A stretch of DNA of 64,000 nt from Eremomyces bilateralis CBS 781.70 (Eukaryota). The notes beneath the pieces are model-generated. The model saw only the letters and a program-made list of their open reading frames with translations, had not been told where the DNA came from and made no database searches. Both the position numbers and the translations under genes were made by a program. Of the stretch, positions 10,050 through 20,840 are shown piece by piece; positions within the stretch are counted from its first letter, which is position 1, and each line of letters starts with the position of its first letter. Where the stretch lies: NCBI GenBank assembly GCA_010015585.1, contig ML975169.1; one strand, written 5' to 3'.

Positions 10050-10830
10050 TTAGTTGTCTTCGCTATCCAAACCCAAGTCTCCGCTCCGCCATGAGATGCC
10101 ACCATGGCCGCCACCGCCGAGGCCATTGTTTGATCTCCATGGCCCTTGATGGCCTCCGTAGATGTATGATCCTCCACTCGGTGGGTGCATGATAGTGCCT
10201 GGTCGAAGCGGTGCCCACTCTCCGTTTGGTCCCGCCGAGTCACCCGCAGGATTCCAACTTCCGTCTGTCTCCTGGTACCATGGGCCAGTGTAAACACCAG
10301 TCAGCGATCCATTGACGTTGGCGCCACTACCAGCCGAAGGATACCTTCCAGGCAATCCACCAACTCCACCACCGCCCCAGCCAATGTTGGACGAAGGGAA
10401 GGTCCCGCTTGATCCAATACCCCAGCTATTGCTCGGATAGGGAGGTTGATTCTGTACCCCCCAACCGCCATCAACACCAGGATTCGAGGAAGGATAGTTG
10501 CCCCCCATTCCACTGCCCCAGCCACCATTACTTGGGTAATTTGAGCCCATGCCGCCAGTATAATATCCTCCGCCCGATGGATATAGGCCGCCGCCTCCGG
10601 TCATGATTCGAACCCCTGGGTTGGGTCCTCCAGAATTCTCGGGGGCAGTAGTGGAGGAAAAATCATCTGTTGCGTTGCCGGCGTTGGAGTTATCGGTGCC
10701 GTTGACTGTCATGGCGATCGATCTCTTTGACAAACTTACTAAGTTTAAGAATAAGGAATTGAAGTTGAGTTATCTCTACGCTAAGGACACATTGAAACAA
10801 AGCAGAATCGAAAGGAGTATAAGTAAAGCA
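10050..10830 (-). pseudogene. Gly/Ser/Asn/Pro-rich low-complexity protein, probably secreted, with a disrupted 5' end (pseudogene or unusual splicing)
   Basis: The 227-aa ORF has repeated YPSSN/GGWG units. In frame upstream is the hydrophobic ALLILLSILLCFNVSLA followed by TAG (10776-78) and TAA (10770-72). There is no in-frame ATG, and a TE end lies ~25 bp upstream. Confidence 0.45.
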
Positions 10831-10854
10831 TTTCAGCATTTCAGCCGTTATGTA

Positions 10855-11055
10855 CAGGGGGCGAACGAAAATACTAGAACAGTTTTTTAAAACCCTTGCA
10901 TCCCAGGGTTCTCATTCGATTAAAGCGTTCCGCACAGTCCTTTCTTCTTCCTTCTTCTAAACGTATACCGTCTTTTCAAACCCCTTGCATCCCAGGGTTC
11001 TCATTCGATCAAAGCGTTCCACATAGTTCTCTTCTTCTTCCTTCCTCTAAACGTA
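10855..11055. mobile_element. Terminal fragment of a Tc1/mariner-like element (TA|CAGGGGGCGAACGAAAA...) containing a diverged ~90-bp tandem duplication
   Basis: TA followed by a CAGGGG start. Copies 10893-10966 and 10982-11056 share CCCTTGCATCCCAGGGTTCTCATTCGAT...CTAAACGTAT. No partner TIR is in the window. Confidence 0.45.
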
Positions 11056-11243
11056 TGTTGTGATATAGTATTGTGATGGATCAGAGGTCTATCGACCTGG
11101 ATGCCTTGTGGCCTTGTGGCCCGTTTGCTCTGTAAACACCAGAACAGATAAACGCCTCGCACACCTTAGATAGATTCCTCCTTCATAGCAACAATTCAAT
11201 GTTTGCCTCACGATTGGAGATTCCCGACAGTGAGACTCTTACA
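11056..11243. mobile_element. Probable solo LTR (188 bp, TGT...ACA)
   Basis: It begins TGTTG exactly where the duplicated unit breaks off and ends CTTACA exactly where Tc1 transposase homology (LRFAR) starts. The flanks do not form a TSD. Confidence 0.45.
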
Positions 11244-12040
11244 CCTCCGATTCGCCCGGGATTTCGTTGGATTCGACTTTTGCCGGGCCCACGCCACCGA
11301 CGAGATCTCCTACGAGAGGGGGACGGGTGGTAAGCAAGTTTGGGTATGGCGCCTGTATCACGAGGCGTACGAACCGAAGATGGTCGAGCCTAGGACCACT
11401 GGCAAGACCATTTCACGGATGATCTGGGGCTCAATCTCGCGTGACGGGAGGTCAGATCTAGTGATCATGGAGCGCGACGAAGACTCTCCAAGGCAGGGCT
11501 ATTCCGCAAAATCCTACATCGCCGCGTTGGAGGAGGGGCTCCTCCCTACGTACGAACCCCGGGATATTGTTATCCAGGATAACGCAAAGATCCACACGGC
11601 AAAAATCACCCAGGAATGGCTGGAGAATCACGGCATCTGGGTGTTTGATTGGCCAGCCAATTCTCCGGACCTTAACACTATAGAACACATGTGGCATCTA
11701 TTGAAAACGATGATCAAGGAGCTCCACCCCGAACTGATGCAGATGGGGGCATCGGACGAGGCACGGGAGGCGATGAATAGGGCCTTGAAGGAGGCGTGGT
11801 GGGCGATCCCCCAGGAAACGATTCGCCAGCTAATCGACTCAATTCCGCAACGTTTACAAGCGGTGATCAAGGCAAAGGGCTGGCATACGAAATACTAGGC
11901 TACTCGCAATTAGACAATAAAAAAAGTATATACTAATCGCTTTCTCTGCGAATTTGAGCGTATCTCACAATGGGGTTGGTCGTGGTAGTGAAATCACGTG
12001 GTTGACGACCCTGCACAGACTTCTGTCCTGTTAATTAGTG
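11244..12040 (+). mobile_element. 5'-truncated Tc1-like transposon: DD34E catalytic domain (stop at 11898) and right TIR ...TTAATTAGTG|TA
   Basis: Motifs LRFAR..TDE, MIWGSI, QDNAKIH and WPANSPDLNTIEHMW are present, with 34 residues between the second D and the E. The HTH domain and left TIR are absent. Confidence 0.85.
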
Positions 12041-12302
12041 TAGATTTGAATCATCAATCATCATCATAATACGAACAAATCAGAACCAAACCATAGCAAT
12101 TACGCGAATTAAAAAGAGTTCTAGGTTGTACACTTCAACGACGACGACGACGACGAAGAGGATATCCTCTGACATGGTTGCCCTATCAACTGCTTCGAAT
12201 TGCTTGAAGTTCACATTTGAGAGCATGTTTCTCTGTACTTCTATCCTCTTCACAACGTGATTGCCCATATCTTCAGGCGCGTTCGCTGTGTGTTTCGGCG
12301 TC

Positions 12303-13058
12303 ATGCGGCTTGCCCATATTCATCTGGCGGGATTGACGCGATATACTTGTGCCGCGGAGCTCCAGACACGACTTCTAGATCGATTCCACGCTCACAAAGC
12401 CGACCCATCGAAGTACCCGCTACCAGACGCGACCATCCTCACCGCCGAATTCCATCCAGTATACACCTGCGGTCGTCGAGAGATTGGAAAGGTCAGGCCG
12501 GAGCAGATGGAGTATCTCAAAGCTGGAGGGAAAGCAGAGTTCCGTGAGGCTTCAAGAGGAGGTCAGACCACATTCCATGGACCTGGACAGCTAGTTGCTT
12601 ATCCTATCCTGGATTTGAAGTCCCATGGAAAAGGCACGAGTCCCCGAGATTATGTCTGTAAATTGGAAGGGGTTATCATCAAGACCTGTCGAAATTTTGG
12701 AATCGAAACCGAAAGAACCGAGCACACCGGAGTTTGGACAAAAGGTCATTCGCGGACCGAAGGGACCGTTGGACAAAAGAAAATTGCTGCCTTGGGGGTC
12801 CATATGCGCCGAAACATTACTAGCCATGGCATTGGCTTGAATGTCAATACGGATTTATGGTGGTTTCGACGAATCGTCGCATGTGGACTCGATGGAAGGC
12901 TTACTACCAGTTTTGCCACGGAAGGGGTGGAGCACATCACCGTTTCGGAAGCTGCTGAAGTATTTGTTCGGCAAATGGCGGAGACGCTTGATGTCAAAGA
13001 CATTTATAAACCATACAAGGACTCCGTCAAGGGCAGCGTTGCGCACGAGCGCATCTAG
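12303..13058 (+). CDS. LIP2: Mitochondrial lipoyl(octanoyl)transferase (LipB/Lip2)
   Basis: Motifs PVYTCGRRE, RGGQTTFHGPGQLVAYPILDL, KIAALGV, ITSHGIGLNV and IVACGL. The first ATG is at 12303. Confidence 0.92.
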   Translation: MRLAHIHLAGLTRYTCAAELQTRLLDRFHAHKADPSKYPLPDATILTAEFHPVYTCGRREIGKVRPEQMEYLKAGGKAEFREASRGGQTTFHGPGQLVAYPILDLKSHGKGTSPRDYVCKLEGVIIKTCRNFGIETERTEHTGVWTKGHSRTEGTVGQKKIAALGVHMRRNITSHGIGLNVNTDLWWFRRIVACGLDGRLTTSFATEGVEHITVSEAAEVFVRQMAETLDVKDIYKPYKDSVKGSVAHERI

Positions 13059-13500
13059 AGCTCAGTCCAGCAGGATCTGCCTCAAATAATGGGGCTACAA
13101 CTCTGTTGGCTGTCAGATCACCTACTAGTAAGAAGTCCTTTCCATTCTCGAATTTAGTTCATAGTTCAATTGTGTCCAATGGGTTGTCTACTGCAGGTAC
13201 GAATACAGATCAAGGACGGCAATTGACTCAAATAGAACGAGATCGGGCTTGGCTATTACCATGTCGTCCGCAACCCAGAGTCCTCGGCTTCTAGCTTTGA
13301 ACCCAATCAAGCGCTTGTCATCGGACTCAAAAACCACTTTCCCCCATCTAACTCGAGTCGATATCAACCAGGCTATGAGCCGTGCTGTAGGCGAAGTTTC
13401 TACTTAGCTCTGGTCATCCCTCATCAATTGCCGCTGATCTGGAAAACAGAAACTCCGTTCAGCCGCATGGTTAGATCCCTTGCTGGGGCCAAACACCATC

Positions 13501-15977
13501 TCACTTTGTCGTCAGTCCTGCAAGTTGCGGCATATCGTACATTGAATCAGGATCTATCATTCTGTTAGGACGTATCCCTGTGCGTAGGTTGACTCCTTAC
13601 CTTTCCCATGTTCGAGAAGGAAATCCTTCGCTTCCTTCACTCTGTCCTTGATGTACTTCAAATGTTTCGCCAAGTCCAGCTTCACCTTTTCATTAGTTTT
13701 GGCACCGCCTTCAAGCGCGTAACGCGCCACATCATATCTGCTGACATTGTTGAGAAGCAGCATGTCGAATGGAGTCGTCGTACTCCCTTCTTCTCGATAA
13801 CTCTCGATCGTAACTCGATCCAACCGAGACCTGCCGAACAACAATCCTCGAAGTTCCACAGCGTATCCGTGATAGTTGATATGTACCGGCCGGTTCGGTG
13901 GAAACAAAGCGTCGAAGACTTCATTCGTGAGGGAGTGCGGGTGGACACCTTCCGTTCCAAGCACCATGAGGTCGGTAACATTGACAACGCGTACCCGAAG
14001 ACTTGGCTCGAGATCTCGAAGCAATTCGGCGGCCTTGACAACTTCGAATGTGACCTCCGTTCCAATACCAACCAGAATGACGTCAGGGTTGAGTCCGTCA
14101 TCGGTGCTCGCAAATTTCCAGACTCCTGCTCCGATGCGACAATGTTCGTCCGCTTCATCGGGTGTCAGGAAGACGGGTGACGGCTGCTTCGATCCCACCA
14201 TCAGATTGACGTAGTTCTTAGACCGGAGGCAGTAACGCAAAGTGCTCAGGAAACAATTCGCATCCGGTGGAAGAAATACTCGGGCAGCACTGGGCTTCAG
14301 GTTCAGTACGGCACCAATGAAGGAAGGGTTCTGATGAGAAAACCCATTGTGTTCCTGCCTAGTCCACGTACTGGTCTCGATGTAATTAATGGAGTGGACA
14401 TCCCCACGCCATTCCACCTCTTGAGCGATCTTGATGAATTTGGCATACTGCACCATCATGGTGTGAACAATCCCGAGAAAACTTTCATATGAAGCAAAAA
14501 TTCCGCAACGTCCCGTCAATGTATAGCCCTGGAGAAAACCCTGGCAGTTGTGTTCCGAAAGGACTTCAATGACTCGACCCCCTCGGTTATTCGAGAACTG
14601 ATCCCACTGGAAGTTTCGGTTCGTAACGTCAAAGACGGGAGTGATTTTGTTGCTTTCAAGTTCGTCAGGACAAAGAAGCCGGATCGAGTGTGGATTCGCT
14701 TGGAAGATTCGACTCATATACTGTCCCACAGCCTGCATGGCACTCATCTCGCTCCCTTTCTCACTGCCATCGTCTCTCCAATCTGGCACCTTAAGCTCCT
14801 CCAAACTGTTGAAGGACTCCTTGACCTGGCCTAACTTTTTGCTATCTTCCGGGATGATGCGGAGAATGCTGTCCGATGGCTTGCCTTCAGGCAATTTCTG
14901 ATGTACATCGTAGCTGGAAAGCCAATCTTTCAGAGTCTGGAGATGCCCTTCATCCGTCTTGGCTTTTGCAAGAGGCACTTGATGGGAGTGGAATGACCCT
15001 TCGATGATTTTTCCATCCACTTCTTTTGGGCCTGACCACCCTTTCGGTGTTCGCATGATGAGGAGGGGCCACCTGGGTTTAGTGATGGGTTTGTCATTGC
15101 GTGCCGCCGACTGGATCTTTCGAATCTCGGTCAACGCCCATTCCATGGAAGCCGCCATGTCTTCGTCGATGCGGTCGAGATTCTCAACGAATCGAACCTG
15201 GTAACCGTACCCGGAGAAAAGTGCGGCCAGCTCTTTCTTGTCCATGCAACCAAAGATGGTACGCTCACTGATTTTGAAACCATTGACATGAAGGATAGGA
15301 AGGACTGCTCCGGACTCTTTTGGGTCGATATACTTGTAGCCATGCCATGCCGTTGCAGTCGGTCCTGTTTCGGCTTCTCCATCCCCAATCACGCACGCAA
15401 CGATGAGGTCGGGCTTGTCCATGACTGCTCCAAAAGAAACCGACAAAGCATACCCCAGCTCTCCTCCTTCATGAATCGCGCCCGGTGTTTCTGCATTGAT
15501 ATGGCTGGGAAATCCTCCAGTGACTGAAAATCGAGAAATAAGATTGTGCAGACCTCTCTTGTCTAGACTGTATTCTGGATAGAACCTTGATATTGACCCT
15601 TCAAGCCACAGGGTAGCAAGCATGGCCGGCGCACCATGTCCTGGACCGACCACATAGATCATTTGAAGATCATGTTTTCGAATGAGGAAGTTCAAATGAG
15701 CGTGAACAAGAATCAGTCCTGGACATGTTCCCCAATGCCCTAGAAGGCGTGGTTTGACGTGGTCGAATTGTAGTTCTTGTTCTAGGAGCACATTATCCTT
15801 CAGAAATATCATAGCAGCCGCAATGAAACAAGCGGCCGCTCGGAAGTTCTCCAGTCCGACTCTTGCATCTTCGGGCAGGTCTGGTTTCTCGATTATGATA
15901 GCAAGTTCCTGGACGCCCTCAGGGAGATGAGATGGTAGCGGCTCAGGATTTGGACGTTTAACAACCTCCACAGGCAT
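13501..15977 (-). CDS. Xylulose-5-phosphate/fructose-6-phosphate phosphoketolase (XFP family); one intron near the 3' end, last exon DPDSMYDMPQLAGLTTK*
   Basis: Motifs LLGHWGTCPG, GPGHGAPA, GAIHEGGELGY, TPP-binding GDGEAETGP, VLSEH and QEHNGFSHQNP. Confidence 0.96.
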
Positions 15978-16294
15978 GGTTTCTTCTTCACAACAGTCGA
16001 TGTTTTGTAGTTTAGTGTTGAATATGACTCAAGAGAATTTCTCTAAGCATGAACAAACTCTGACTTTGAATGGAGGTGAAATCGAAATAATTTGGCCTCG
16101 GATGCCAGGTTCTGAAACTTGGTGAGTTGTTGATATCACAATGAAATGTGGATCATTCTCAACACACGGTTCGTTGACAAATGTCCAGCTTTTGAAATGC
16201 AGGTAATAGGGTATAAAGGTCACAGTGGAGTCTTGTCAAATTGTGATAGTGGAATCTAAAGCTCATTTTGAGTCCTGGTATGCAGGTTCGCGTT

Positions 16295-16302
16295 TGACGT
16301 CA
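16295..16302. promoter_or_regulatory. Perfect CRE/ATF palindrome TGACGTCA ~320 bp upstream of the phosphoketolase ATG
   Basis: The motif is read directly; its function is inferred. Confidence 0.35.
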
Positions 16303-16695
16303 TAGTATGGTCATAGGTGGACAAGCTTATGCAGAGCCTAGGTGTTTACCTTGCACGATTTGGCAACGCAAGTGGGATCTACCGACCTGTAACTCTATGA
16401 ACTTGTATCTGGAATGTCCGGATGGTCTTCTCAAGCCTTGCACACATATCAGCTATCTTACTACCAGACTTCGCTGTTTCCTCAGTTATATCCTATTCAT
16501 TCAAGTTTTCGCGAACCGATTTGGAGTAATTTCCGAGCCCGTAGCATGGAACAAGGTCTGAGACCATTCTGGAAATCCTCAGTTTCTGGCGGCGCAGTTC
16601 TGAAAGTTTGGAAGAGCATGTCAACCGGGTTGGAATCAGCTAGATTCTCTATGAAGATACTGTAATTCGAATCTGGCCCTGCTATAACGCCCCTC

Positions 16696-17935
16696 TCAAT
16701 CTCCTAGTGGATATGCATGTAGCACCTGGCCATAATAGAGTTCGGCGTCCTTGCTGGCCAAAAAGACGAAGCTCGGAGCGATCTCGCTTGGTTGTCCCGG
16801 TCGACCAATACGGGATTCCTCCCCAAATCCTTCCATTTGTTCGGCAGGACGGGAGGCGACTTGGATTGGGGTGTGTACTGGACCCGGAGCCACACAATTG
16901 ACCCGAATGCCCTTTTTGACTAGCTGTACTGCTAAAGCCCGAGTGAACGAGACAATCGCGCCCTTAGTGGCAGCATAGTCAACCATAGAAGCAGTTCCAC
17001 GAAAGGCAACAGTGGAGCTTGTGTTGATGATGCTAATATTGATTAGCGGAGGGTTTGAGTGAATGAATCTCGCCAATGTGGACATGATAGATGAACCGAA
17101 CGATTTAAGTGCCACAGTCGCTGAATCCAGCCGCAGAGAAGAATAGGACGACTGAAAATCGACGAGTGCTTTCCAAAGCATCGCGAATACTGACTGGCTC
17201 ATACTGGTAAAAGAGTCGAACGTACCTGGAGCCTTTTGGCATATGAGGAAGAGCATACTTCGTTATCGCGAACATTTGGAGGATGTTGCTTCGGAATGTG
17301 CTCTCGACATTGTCCAAATCGATATCAGCAAAATCAGGGCACATGATCTGCTTTGATGCATTGTTCACAAGAACATGGAGCTTGCCAAATCTGAGATGAA
17401 GTTAGCGTCTTTCGTGGAATCTTCCTAAATTCCAAAAGGATTTGGATGGCCCACTTATCAACATGCTTCTGCACGGCTTCTTTGCAGGTAGCATTGTCCA
17501 TCAGGTTCCCTGGAACAAGTAGACATTCCCTTCCTTCCTTTTCCACCAGCTTCTTGGTCTCTTGAGCATCATCCTTTTCCTCAGGGAGGAATACAATCGT
17601 GACATCCGATCCCTCCCGAGCAAACAATACTGCAACGGAACGACCAATTCCAGAACTGCGAGTATAAGCCATGATTCAATTGCAACGATAAAACACTCAC
17701 TCTCCACCAGTGATCAATATCTTGTTTCCCTTGAGCTTTCCCGCAGCAGCGTACTCAACAAAGCCGCCCTCACCTTCAAGAGCAGTAGGTTCACTTTTCG
17801 GCTGCATGTGGGTCTCCTTTCTGGGAGAGGTTAGAGAGTTGGACTGCATCGGATCAGGACATACCCAGGTTGATCCTGAGCTTGAGCCTTGGCGATAGGC
17901 TCGAATTTGCCTTGCTGGCCAGCTTGAGATGACAT
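16696..17935 (-). CDS. Short-chain dehydrogenase/reductase (YhdF/general stress protein 39-like), multi-exon
   Basis: The spliced reading gives GKLKGNKILITGGD/SGIGRSVAVLFAREG, LVNNASKQ, DYAATKGAI (YxxxK) and VNCVAPGPVHTP. Confidence 0.9.
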
Positions 17936-19079
17936 GATGAATTGAAAAGTGCCCGCCAAAGTTATGAATGAAATCGACAAATGTTTGACAGAGAATTTAC
18001 AACTACGGAAGTAAGTTATGTAGAAGTCTGACTGATAACTTTCTATGGTGATCCCGCATCACAACTACGTCACTCCAAGCAATGATCACATTAGCTCTAT
18101 GGAATTGTAACCAGCCGCAGTAAAGTAATTCCTCAAATAATAGTGTTTTCCATGGTACTCAGTATGACTGCCAATTAGCTAGGGCTTGATCCTGTCCTCG
18201 TTATGTTCGCCATCATCGAGCGCCTCCACGGAGCAGATAGTCTCACCACTCTATATCCCAAAGATGCTGGGTATACTCAGGGAATTACTCACCCAGCATA
18301 TCTTTTGCCGCAGCCATTTCGATTGAAAGAGTGTAGATCATCAGACCGTGTCTCCCTCGCGATAAATGTACCATTCAGAGGGTCCTTGTAATATGAAATG
18401 GGCTACTATAGTAGAGTTTGGAGAAAACGACCGGGGTGGAAGCCCACGGCAAGATACATTTTACTTCAACTTTATCGTATTGGGACTGGGTGCGGGCGCT
18501 GTCCAACCAGCAAGTGCCAAGTCCTCCTGGGACCTACTTGGTCCTGGATATTGGGCAACCAGGGAGACGCGGTTGTTCTAGTTGTACCCGGCGGACGCCC
18601 TTTGAGAGGAACGGGCAGCCCAGCCGGTAAGTAGTGTCTTGTTGAATGTTGATCGTTTTGGTGTGTCAATCAATCACGGAAACAATAGGATACCTGTTCA
18701 GAGGCAGTGAGATGCTTGTATTCGGTCAGAAGTACATAGTTTACCTTGACGGCCTGACGGGTATATATACCCAGGCTTATGCAATCTTATGTAATTTACA
18801 AGGTGCAGTGACTAAGTAATAGCCGCGGATTTCCGACATGTCTGCTCCGGGCCCATACATTTCGCAAGGGAAGCATGGGATCGGAAATCAATGACAACAT
18901 ATTCTCGGGTGAGTTTGAAAGGGATCCTGATGGTAACATTTTTAATGCTGCCGGCCATCGAACGGAATCTGATGCTCAGCCGCTCAGGTACGTGGGTGAT
19001 TGTACCTGTCACATGGAGGTCACCTGACTTCAGTGTGTGTTTGGTCACGTGGTTTGTGTTTGCTCGGAGATATCTATTG

Positions 19080-19870
19080 TTTACCTCAGCAAGCTCAGGC
19101 CATTTGTGGTCGTGCCAAGGCACCGGAGTGGGACTATACCTAATCGGTAAGTCACATGCACTCCTCGAACAAATAGTTTACCTCAGCAAGCTCAGGCTAT
19201 TTGTGGTCGTGCCTGAGGCAACAAACCACACTATACCTAATCGGTCAATGCAGTTCTCGAACAAATAGCCTGAGGATTCTGTCAATGGTTCACACTGACT
19301 GTTCGATAATTTTCATGTGTTTTTCACGATTTTGGAAACCTCACTTTTGCATATTCTTCAATAACAACACAAGGACTTATTATAATTGCCCTTAAATTCA
19401 CTGGGCTGTGCAGCAAGATATACTTTATCTAGAATTTGAATTTTTTCCACTCCGGATGCTTGTGGCTTGCAAAAAATGCTGATATGTAAGGAACCAAATT
19501 GCATCAGAATCGTCAACCAACCACCGCAGTTCGAGTACCAGTTCGTAGCTATTCTCTGCTCTCTGGAGACGTTGGGTTCAGTCGTACGCTGCGCCGAGAG
19601 GAGGTTCGATCTGAAATCGTCCAAGTTTCACTGGGTTGTCAAGAAACGATAGAGGATTCGATTGAACGTGTCAATTTTACTGTGTGATAGCTCGTTGTGG
19701 AGGAAAACGAGGTTGAAGTGATTAAATTGCTCTCATACAAACGATCTCGACTCAGGCCGAAAATCAATGACAGGATCCTCAGGCTATTTGGTAGAGGACC
19801 ATACCAATTAGGTATAGCGCGGTTCGTTGCCTCAGGCACTACCACGATGGCCTGAGCTTGCTGAGGTAAA
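19080..19870. mobile_element. Non-autonomous foldback/TIR element remnant: ~110-bp imperfect inverted repeats (19177-19290 / 19762-19870) plus an extra tandem copy (19080-19176)
   Basis: TTTACCTCAGCAAGCTCAGGC...CTATACCTAAT...CAAATAGCCTGAGGAT occurs twice in direct orientation (97-bp period) and once inverted. Confidence 0.7.
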
Positions 19871-19887
19871 TAAACCTTGAGTCACTT

Positions 19888-20126
19888 CCTCCGGGGGGGA
19901 CGAAATTGAGTTACGTTTCTTGGCATTCCCCTATGCACAGTTCCCACGATCTTAACCAGAACGCGGCGGAGAATTCACCAAAACAGACCTCTAGTAGTTG
20001 CTTAGTTAGGAAAAGAGTATACTTTTTGGTATTATGCTGTTTTTGAGCGAATTGGGCCTGCCTGTGATGGTGGTGATGGTTGGGGGAATGCCAAGAAACG
20101 TAACTCAATTTCGTCCCCCCCGGAGG
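19888..20126. mobile_element. MITE, 239 bp, perfect 44-bp TIRs, 3-bp TSD CTT
   Basis: 19888-19931 CCTCCGGGGGGGACGAAATTGAGTTACGTTTCTTGGCATTCCCC is the exact reverse complement of 20083-20126. CTT lies at 19885-87 and 20127-29. Confidence 0.85.
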
Positions 20127-20840
20127 CTTCGTTCCTTAAGGCACCTTGAGTTCCTAAAGGCAAAGCGGCGGCATAGACCTTGAGTTCCTCAAGGCATGAA
20201 AGTGGTTCTCGCAACTTCTGCGATCAAACCGCCTCAGGGGGAGGCAGAAAACTTTGACAATACAGAATTAGGACGACTAAAGATTCATAATCATAGAAAT
20301 CTTGTAGGAAAAGCCAGAAAGAAGACTAGCATCCAGTTTACATATCCGATTTAACGGCGCCCGACAAGTCAACGATCGCCTAAAATCAAACATGTTTTTT
20401 GGACTTGTTGGGGATTGGGTCAGTCTAATGAATTCCCCTCCAGTGGAACATCAATTTGGTGGCTTTCAGAACTGCTAGGGGTCAGTAAATAAGCGTCGTG
20501 GATAGAGTGTGACGTTTAGAACAGCTGCTGTAATTAATAGGAGGAGTGGAGGGTTAGAAACTCAGATTTGCATAGTTGTCCCATCCATGTCCTTGGGTTC
20601 CGCGGAGCAAGTGCTTGTTACAACAGCATTAACTAGGCTTCTGCGGGGAAATATTTAATTACCCAGTGGTTGCATCGTTAGTGGGAGACCCGGATCCCCG
20701 AGGTACCCTCCACTATTTTTAGCCCATGTTATCTCAGCCACGTATGCTAATTGCTAATGGCTTATAAATATCAATGGCTTGAAGGCTTTTACGGTGAAGC
20801 CATGTAGTAACCCCATGTTGGCCGACTGCTATTTACTGTC

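Noticed and set aside
12050..12156. (ATC)n and (GAC)n microsatellites
   Set aside because: Ordinary short simple repeats.
13501..15977. Recent bacterial HGT of phosphoketolase
   Set aside because: XFP genes are widespread in ascomycetes, this copy has an intron, and nothing indicates recent transfer.
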